Assembly (NCBI GenBank): GCA_035378955.1
Contig: DAOSUS010000004.1
Location: forward strand, 20,158 to 84,157
Length of the DNA stretch: 64,000 bases
Origin: Candidatus Hydrogenedens sp.
Lineage (GTDB): Bacteria > Hydrogenedentota > Hydrogenedentia > Hydrogenedentales > Hydrogenedentaceae
Direction: 5' to 3'
Shown one piece after another: positions 57,650 through 64,000 of the stretch. The notes under the pieces were generated by a model. That model saw nothing but the letters and a program-made list of their open reading frames with translations. It did not search any database and was not told the DNA's origin. The translations under genes and the position numbers were made by a program. Position 1 is the first letter of the stretch. Each line of letters opens with the position of its first letter.

Positions 57650-58390
57650 ATGAAAAAAAGTAATTTGTTTTTAAGACGATTTGCTTATGTATTTATATTT
57701 ATTGCACTTGGAATTATTTCTATTTCTAATATCAATTGTTCCAAACCACCTCCCCCCCCTCCTCCCCAACAAGAACCCCCTCCGCCAAGTCCGGAACAGA
57801 TACAGTCTGAAATGCGTTCTGCAATCCAGCCATGGGTAGATGCTGTAGTAAATAATACCCGTCTGCCGCAAGATCAACAAGATACTATTGTAAATAATTT
57901 TCGAGGAATTAAAGCGAAATACTCCGCAATTGAGAACGGCAAAATCGCTATAAGCCGAATTGCTCCGGAGATAGAAGAAAATATAAGAAAAGCAAGAGAT
58001 AACCAGAGGTGGGCTCTTGTTATCGCAGGAATAAATATTTATGATGTTTTGCGTCCCGGAGCCTCGGCTCCTGATGGGAAATATGCCCGATTAAAGGAAA
58101 GGGCAGAACTTATGCTCTCTCGCCCTCGTGTTGAAGTTACAGGCTTTCTACAAGCAGAAAATGATTTGTATGTATTCCTTAATGTAACGGATACCAAAAC
58201 AAATAAAACAGAAAATTTTAAAGTTCGCGAAGGTGAAGAATTTTACGAGCCTGAAAACCCACAGACAAAACAAAAAGAACCAGCCAAACTTCGCATAGTT
58301 CGGGTTATTGGAGACCAACAATCCGTTGAGATACTCTACATTCCTGCAAACGATACATGGATAGTCCCCGGACCTAAAAATAAAGGTTAG
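57650..58390 (+). CDS. Hypothetical exported protein or lipoprotein with a polyproline linker
   Basis: Hydrophobic leader, Cys, then KPPPPPPPQQEPPPPSP. Confidence 0.75.
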   Translation: MKKSNLFLRRFAYVFIFIALGIISISNINCSKPPPPPPPQQEPPPPSPEQIQSEMRSAIQPWVDAVVNNTRLPQDQQDTIVNNFRGIKAKYSAIENGKIAISRIAPEIEENIRKARDNQRWALVIAGINIYDVLRPGASAPDGKYARLKERAELMLSRPRVEVTGFLQAENDLYVFLNVTDTKTNKTENFKVREGEEFYEPENPQTKQKEPAKLRIVRVIGDQQSVEILYIPANDTWIVPGPKNKG

Positions 58391-58419
58391 TAAAACCGAC
58401 TAAAAAATTGATTTCAAAA

Positions 58420-60240
58420 ATGACCGATAATTTGTCAAAAGAGACATGGGAACATTCTAATGAAATTAAAGAAGGTATTGTTCTTTCCTTATCGGAAAAG
58501 TTCTTCTACTCTTTCCTTTTACTTTGTATAACATTCCTCGCTTATGCCAATACATTAAATAATGACTGGGTTTGGGATGATGCTTCGTCAGTCCTTATGC
58601 ACAAACATGTTCAAGACCCTAAAAAGATTTTTCAACTTTTTCTCGAAGACCAGCACGCTTTTGGAAGGGGGCAGGGAAATTTCTATCGTCCTCTGGTTTC
58701 TGTTTCCTTTATGCTTGATTACCTTCTGTCCTATAAACAGGAAAAGGAAAATTCTTTATTTCCTGTAATTTCTCCCTTAGTTTTTCATATAACCAACAGC
58801 CTTTGGCATGCATGTGTCGTTATCCTTGTATTTTTATTACTAAACCGACTAAAAGCCCCTTTTTTTGTTTCTTTCTGGACAGGTGTAATTTATGCTGTTC
58901 ATCCTATTCCTACAGAAGCCGTTACCTACATTAGTGGTCGTGCAGATATGATGTCTGCTGTTTTCCTATTAGCAGGGGTTATTTCTTGTATCCAGTATTT
59001 ACAGGGAGAAAAGGGACTGCGAAAAAAACTATATCTAATCGCCTGTCCATTATTTTTTACTTTGGGACTACTCAGTAAAGAATCCAGCAATATTTTTCCT
59101 CTTTTAATTTTACTCATAATACCTTTTACACCCAATATTCAAAATTTTCAAAAAGCACCAGGTTTCCAGCAAATAAAAAAATGGCTTCCTCTTTTACTCT
59201 CTGTAATAGTTTCTGCAATCTATATTGTTTTACGAATGACCCTACTAAACTTTTCAGAAAAGTCGGTTTCTATCATTAAAACATGGGGCGATAAAATTGT
59301 AGAAATCGGGCAATCTTTCGCTTTTTATATTCGAATTCTTTTTTTTCCTTTTGGTTTACATATGGAACAAACCCTTGAGAACACCCCCTATTGGACAGCA
59401 TTACTTGGATACGCTTTTTTAATCATCATCAGTCTAATTGCTTATTGGTCATGGAAAAACAAACTGTATAGAGTTTTTATAAGTATTTTATGGTTTTTAA
59501 TTACATGGTTCCCTATCTCAGGTTTTTTTACATTGAATGCACCCCAAGCAGAACATTGGATGTATACACCTATGATAGGTTTCTGGTGGTGTGTTTTGGA
59601 GATAATTTGCTACTATATAAAACCTCTGACTTCGCAAAACTCTTATAAAAAATATATACTCCCTGCAATAAATATCTTACTTATCATTATAACCCTTTTT
59701 TATTTTTATTTAACTTACCTTCGAAATCAAGAGTGGAAAGATAACGAGACTATATTCTGCAGCACATTGTACTATAATCCCAATACAATACGAGTTCGAT
59801 ATAATCTTGCAGTAACTTATGAAGAAATAATGAAAAACTACCCTGGTGCAAAAAGAGAATATCAAGAATTGATGAAAATATATGATAGGATTAAAAGAAA
59901 ATCTGGAGTTTTAGAAAAACAAATTTCCTTCATGAATGAAGAAGAAATTGAAACATGGCTTTCTTTTGGAAAAACATTGTTTAATATGGGAAAATTTAAC
60001 GAATCTATAGAACATCTAACACCCGTAAGTTTTTTAGTAAAACAAAAGAATTTTGTCCCTTATGGAATTGAAGCATTGTGGTATATTGCTCAATCTTCTC
60101 TTGCTTTGGGAGATATAAAAACATATCAAATGATTTCTTCTCGAATACAAACCGCGGATGAAAAATTATTAAAAGAAATACAGAAAATTTCTACAGGCGG
60201 AAAATTGGCAGTGCCTTCCTATATGCCTGTTGAAAACTAA
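58420..60240 (+). CDS. TMTC-like GT-C membrane glycosyltransferase with a C-terminal TPR region
   Basis: YANTLNNDWVWDDA..V, FYRPLV, YAVHPIPTEAVTYISGRAD, LLSKES, EHWMYTP, RNQEWKD..YNLA. Confidence 0.8.
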   Translation: MTDNLSKETWEHSNEIKEGIVLSLSEKFFYSFLLLCITFLAYANTLNNDWVWDDASSVLMHKHVQDPKKIFQLFLEDQHAFGRGQGNFYRPLVSVSFMLDYLLSYKQEKENSLFPVISPLVFHITNSLWHACVVILVFLLLNRLKAPFFVSFWTGVIYAVHPIPTEAVTYISGRADMMSAVFLLAGVISCIQYLQGEKGLRKKLYLIACPLFFTLGLLSKESSNIFPLLILLIIPFTPNIQNFQKAPGFQQIKKWLPLLLSVIVSAIYIVLRMTLLNFSEKSVSIIKTWGDKIVEIGQSFAFYIRILFFPFGLHMEQTLENTPYWTALLGYAFLIIISLIAYWSWKNKLYRVFISILWFLITWFPISGFFTLNAPQAEHWMYTPMIGFWWCVLEIICYYIKPLTSQNSYKKYILPAINILLIIITLFYFYLTYLRNQEWKDNETIFCSTLYYNPNTIRVRYNLAVTYEEIMKNYPGAKREYQELMKIYDRIKRKSGVLEKQISFMNEEEIETWLSFGKTLFNMGKFNESIEHLTPVSFLVKQKNFVPYGIEALWYIAQSSLALGDIKTYQMISSRIQTADEKLLKEIQKISTGGKLAVPSYMPVEN

Positions 60241-60258
60241 AATCATAAGATAAAGGGA

Positions 60259-60681
60259 ATGGATATGCTTAAACACAGACTTTTACATCCTGAAATTCTT
60301 TATGCTATTGCAGGTGCCGGTCACGGTTCAAAAATTTTAATTACAGATGGGAATTACCCTGCCAGCACAAAAGAAGGGGTATCTGCAGAGACTGTTTATC
60401 TTAATCTTGCTCCGGGAATTGTAAAAGTAACTGAAGTCCTCGATACACTGCTTACTGCAGTAGAGATTGAAGAAGCGTATGTAATGATGCCTAACACAGG
60501 AGAAGAACCGGAAATTTATAAAGAATTTCGTCAATCCCTGCCCCATTTATCATTGATTAAGTTAGACCGATTTGATTTTTACGATTGTGCATCCTCTTCA
60601 GATACCTGCTTACAAATTGTTACCGGTGACCAGCGTCTTTATGCTAATATATTGTTGACTATTGGGGTAGTAAAACCCTAA
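60259..60681 (+). CDS. RbsD/FucU family pyranase/mutarotase
   Basis: LLHPEIL..GHGSKILITDGNYP, FYD, TGDQRLYANILL..GV. Confidence 0.88.
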   Translation: MDMLKHRLLHPEILYAIAGAGHGSKILITDGNYPASTKEGVSAETVYLNLAPGIVKVTEVLDTLLTAVEIEEAYVMMPNTGEEPEIYKEFRQSLPHLSLIKLDRFDFYDCASSSDTCLQIVTGDQRLYANILLTIGVVKP

Positions 60682-60745
60682 ACATGATTATTCGTTTGCA
60701 AATTGCAATTTTTGTTAAAATAAGATAATAATATATTATAAATTG

Positions 60746-60786
60746 TTGACAATTTTCTTGACAAAAGATATAAAAAATGATAGAAT
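60746..60786 (+). promoter_or_regulatory. Two overlapping sigma70 promoters offset by 12 bp
   Basis: TTGACA(60746)-N17-TATAAA and TTGACA(60758)-N17-TAGAAT. Confidence 0.65.
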
Positions 60787-60841
60787 TAAAAATAAACTAA
60801 AATTGAAGATTACAAACGAATTATAATTATGGAGATGAAAC

Positions 60842-62725
60842 ATGTCTGAATTTGAAAACCTTTCTCCCGAAGAAGAAAAAAAGAAAAAGGAAGAAATTCC
60901 CAGTGCGGATTCAGGATTGGGAAATCTTCCACCTTTAAGTGATTTTGATACAGGTGAAGTTTCTGACCTAAGCAGTCAACTTCCTCCATTATCTTCTTTC
61001 GATTCCGACGCTTTCAAAAAAGCAAAAGGAAGTGATGACTTTGAAGGAGGATTACCTCCTATCAGCGATATAGATATTGTGGTGCCGGAACCGACAGGTG
61101 GTAATATCAAAACAACTCCAACAGAATTTGATAAATTAGGTGGCTCGGCATTAGGTTCTCTTTCGACACCCTCACAGCCTGGAACGAAAAAACCTTCCTT
61201 CCAGGACCTTGCTGCTGACAGTGATTTCTCCCCGGAAACTCCTGAAATAGGACCGGGTCCTATTAGTCTTGAATCAGGTTTAGAAACTCCATTAGGTGAT
61301 AGTGCTTTTGGCGGTGGTAGTAAAGGAGGCGTATTCGACCTGAAATCTGCACCTCCTTCCGAAACTGTCGCCACGGCACCAACACAAATTATAGAAACTC
61401 CTATTTTTGGAAGTGCTCAGACACCGTCGCCTGATTTTGGTTCACCCGCTGTGGGATTTGGTGGAGTGCAAAGTGGTGGTTCATCTGCTCCTGCAGGCAT
61501 AGAAGGATTAGGAACGGATATTTTTGGAGCACCCATTGGTCCCGGTTTAGAAACACCTATTCCGGAATTCACAGCAGGGTCCGGTGTGGCTGTAACACCC
61601 CCAATTGCACCTACAACTTCTACACAACCTCCTACAGATACAGGTGCACCTGCTGCACCGGCTAAGAAAAAGAAATTTAAAATTCCGATGGCACCCATTG
61701 CCGCAATTATTGCATTGATTATTGGTATAATTGCGGGTCCATTCTTATCAAATTATCTACCTATTCCAAATCCCGCAAAACAGGAAATCGCCGCGTTAGA
61801 AAACCAATTGAAACAGCGAGATGAAATTATACACAGATATTCTGACATCCATGAGAATGCTCCCGGTTCCAAATTAAATCCGGAGGAAGTCCAGAAATTG
61901 CAAAATGAATTATTAGATATCTCAAATAAAATTAAGTCTGCCCAACAAGAGTTGGATGGCGTAAACGCAAAAATAACCGAACGGCAGTCGGCATTACAAG
62001 CAGTAGAAGCAGATATTGCCGCGAAAAACGAACAATATGTTTCTGCTCAAGAAGCATATGATAATCTGGTTAATGAAACTGAAATTATTAAAGCCCGTCA
62101 AACAGGACTTTTAGCAGAAATAGAAAGACTTACCAATCAGGTAGGACAACTGGAAGAAGCCAATGCAAGAAGCCTTGCTATAAAAGAATCCTTTTTACTT
62201 GATATTGATAAGCTCATTATCCAGATTAAGGAATCTTTGCCCTTAACACCTGAAAAGTATTCCGTTCATGAACGATTAGCACGCGCAGAATCTTTACGAC
62301 AAAAAGCCGAAACTTCAAATTGGATAACACCAGAACTTCAACAGGAATTTACCAAACTTTATCAAGATGAAATTGAAATAGGAAAACGACAGGAGTATTT
62401 CTATGCAAAAATCAATGTGAAAGACTCCTTAGGAACTCCTGTAAACAAATGGGCAGAATGTCTCATGAAAGGTTCTTGGGGCGTTTATTACAGAACACTT
62501 GATGGTAAAAATATTGGCGTATTCCAGAATATAAAACCTGAAGCCGTCACACCCGTATGGGGATTTCAGGAAGGACTTCCACCTAATGTTGTAGCCCAAA
62601 TTGAACAGGAAATTACTTCTGCAAGACCTGCAGATTTTGAACAAGTTGTTGTTAAATTAGCAGAAAAACAACTGTCCTCCGAGCCCAAATCAACAGTACA
62701 AAAACTATACAGTTCTCTTCAATAA
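60842..62725 (+). CDS. Hypothetical single-pass membrane protein: acidic Pro/Gly-rich N-terminus, TM, long coiled coil, C-terminal domain
   Basis: 627 aa; composition and a hydrophobic segment after KKKKFK; RBS GGAG. Confidence 0.85.
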   Translation: MSEFENLSPEEEKKKKEEIPSADSGLGNLPPLSDFDTGEVSDLSSQLPPLSSFDSDAFKKAKGSDDFEGGLPPISDIDIVVPEPTGGNIKTTPTEFDKLGGSALGSLSTPSQPGTKKPSFQDLAADSDFSPETPEIGPGPISLESGLETPLGDSAFGGGSKGGVFDLKSAPPSETVATAPTQIIETPIFGSAQTPSPDFGSPAVGFGGVQSGGSSAPAGIEGLGTDIFGAPIGPGLETPIPEFTAGSGVAVTPPIAPTTSTQPPTDTGAPAAPAKKKKFKIPMAPIAAIIALIIGIIAGPFLSNYLPIPNPAKQEIAALENQLKQRDEIIHRYSDIHENAPGSKLNPEEVQKLQNELLDISNKIKSAQQELDGVNAKITERQSALQAVEADIAAKNEQYVSAQEAYDNLVNETEIIKARQTGLLAEIERLTNQVGQLEEANARSLAIKESFLLDIDKLIIQIKESLPLTPEKYSVHERLARAESLRQKAETSNWITPELQQEFTKLYQDEIEIGKRQEYFYAKINVKDSLGTPVNKWAECLMKGSWGVYYRTLDGKNIGVFQNIKPEAVTPVWGFQEGLPPNVVAQIEQEITSARPADFEQVVVKLAEKQLSSEPKSTVQKLYSSLQ

Positions 62726-62751
62726 AGATCTCTTTCTCCTTCAAAAATTCT

Positions 62752-62790
62752 AAAAAACCTCTTTCTCTCTTTGAGAGAAAGGGGTTTTTT
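62752..62790. terminator. Bidirectional Rho-independent terminator between convergent genes
   Basis: AAAAAACCTCTTTCTCTC-TTT-GAGAGAAAGGGGTTTTTT, with A/T tails on both sides. Confidence 0.85.
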
Positions 62791-63598
62791 ATATTAAATA
62801 AAAGATTATAAAGATTATAATCCCCAAACAAATCCGATAGATACCAAAAATCTTAAAATCATGTGTTTTGATATATTTTAAGAAAAAAGCAATAACAAAA
62901 TAAGCCACAACAAAAGAAATTATCGAGCCAGATATTAATACAATCCATTCATTAAAACTAAAATGAAATCCATGCTTTAATAGTTTTAATCCGCCAGCAC
63001 CTAATAAGGTCGGAATAGCCAGATAGAAAGAAAATTCGACCGCAACACTTCGCGTAGCACCTATTATCATGGCACCTATAATTGTTGCCGCAGACCTCGA
63101 CACACCCGGTATCATTGCAATGCACTGGAATAAACCTACTCCAAGACAAAATAAGACTGTTAATTCTGTTACTTGATTATAACCTTTGCCTCCGATTTGT
63201 AATTTTTCAATCCCTATTAAAATAATCCCCCCTATAATAAGGGATATAAGCACTGTTGTTGTATTGAAAAGATAATAATCAATAATATCATCTAATAAAA
63301 AGCCAAGAATTCCCGCAGGTATGAATGCAATCCCTATTTTAACCCAGAGAAAAAACCAATTTTTCATCTCATCTGTGTTATTAAGTGGAGGCAGCAATGT
63401 TTTATAAAAATAGAGTAATACCGCTAATATAGCGGGAAATTGAATAACGACAAGAAAGGTATCCTGAAAAGTTTTATCTCCTTGCAAAGGGAACCAGTTC
63501 TCTGCGAGTATCAAATGTCCTGTACTACTGATGGGCAAAAATTCGGTTATCCCTTCAATAATTGCAAGAAATGAGGCATTGATAACATCCTGTATCAT
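62789..63598 (-). CDS. uppP: Undecaprenyl-diphosphate phosphatase
   Basis: IIEGITEFLPISSTGHLIL, IPGVSRSAATI, FSFYLAIPT, FGIYRI. Confidence 0.96.
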   Translation of the reverse strand: MIQDVINASFLAIIEGITEFLPISSTGHLILAENWFPLQGDKTFQDTFLVVIQFPAILAVLLYFYKTLLPPLNNTDEMKNWFFLWVKIGIAFIPAGILGFLLDDIIDYYLFNTTTVLISLIIGGIILIGIEKLQIGGKGYNQVTELTVLFCLGVGLFQCIAMIPGVSRSAATIIGAMIIGATRSVAVEFSFYLAIPTLLGAGGLKLLKHGFHFSFNEWIVLISGSIISFVVAYFVIAFFLKYIKTHDFKIFGIYRICLGIIIFIIFYLI

Positions 63599-63620
63599 AA
63601 TAGTTTTTCATCCTCTTATC

Positions 63621-64000
63621 TTATTTACTTCCTGCTAAAATTATTTCTACTTCCTTAGGTGCTTTAAATTGCGTTTTTATCTTCCCTTCTTTATCTTTTT
63701 CATGTCGAAGCGAAACAAGTCCAAAAGGTGTGGGCATGGCTCCCTCTGCATAATCCAAAGTATCCCCCAGATAAGGCACTATCCGTATTTTTTTACATGA
63801 CGGAGCGATAGGTTGAATTCCAAGAATATATTGAATTAACCACGCTGTCGGTCCAGAAGCCCATCCATGACAAAGACTGTGTCTTAATCCTATATAGCAA
63901 TGTTCCCCAAAATCTTTATGTATGCTCTTTTTACCCTGTGGGACAACCTCATGTATTGGCACGACATCTCCTTCTAACCAGCGAACATCAAAATGTTCCC
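63621..64000 (-). CDS. Alpha-L-rhamnosidase (GH78) C-terminal part, begins outside the window
   Basis: Frame stays open to the edge; RHSLCHGWASGPT..ILGIQP..PTPFG. Confidence 0.85.
   Translation of the reverse strand, partial: EHFDVRWLEGDVVPIHEVVPQGKKSIHKDFGEHCYIGLRHSLCHGWASGPTAWLIQYILGIQPIAPSCKKIRIVPYLGDTLDYAEGAMPTPFGLVSLRHEKDKEGKIKTQFKAPKEVEIILAGSK

Noticed and set aside
57752-57759. C8 tract as a phase-variation switch
   Set aside because: It is explained by polyproline coding, is short, and the frame is intact.
414-63149. Many 60-150 aa track ORFs antisense to or out of frame within long genes
   Set aside because: They are shadow ORFs with no recognisable motif or RBS, fully overlapping confident CDSs.
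1-64000. CRISPR array, rRNA, prophage, IS element or riboswitch
   Set aside because: No spaced direct repeats, rRNA-like blocks, phage or transposase motifs, or structured leaders were recognised. Intergenic regions are short and AT-rich.

Overview
AT-rich bacterial chromosomal window with no phage, IS or CRISPR features. The mix of HEAT, VCBS, DUF1080 and Gfo/Idh/MocA proteins recalls Hydrogenedentota/PVC-type genomes, but that placement is only inference. In order, it contains: (1) an ECF sigma with a zinc anti-sigma missed by the ORF track, cysS, tRNA-Cys/tRNA-Leu(TAA), an ABC pair and dprA; (2) a sugar nucleotidyltransferase, a tiny two-repeat Cys/His protein and a tRNA-Leu with the rare anticodon AAG (A34); (3) fliW-csrA followed by a probable flagellin-glycosylation island; (4) sugar catabolism and housekeeping genes (GH4, oxidoreductases, PPi-type PFK, galK, dgt, PNP, EF-G-like); (5) a 15.5 kb minus-strand flagellar cluster from flgB to fliP, with a sigma54 promoter before flgB and a sigma70 promoter before fliF; (6) envelope genes, ending in uppP and a truncated GH78. 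The most striking signals are the A34 tRNA-Leu(AAG) and four single-base C/T lesions in otherwise full-length frames: fliG has an ACG start and an internal TAA, and galK and a Maf/CgeB-like glycosyltransferase each have an internal TGA where Arg is expected.
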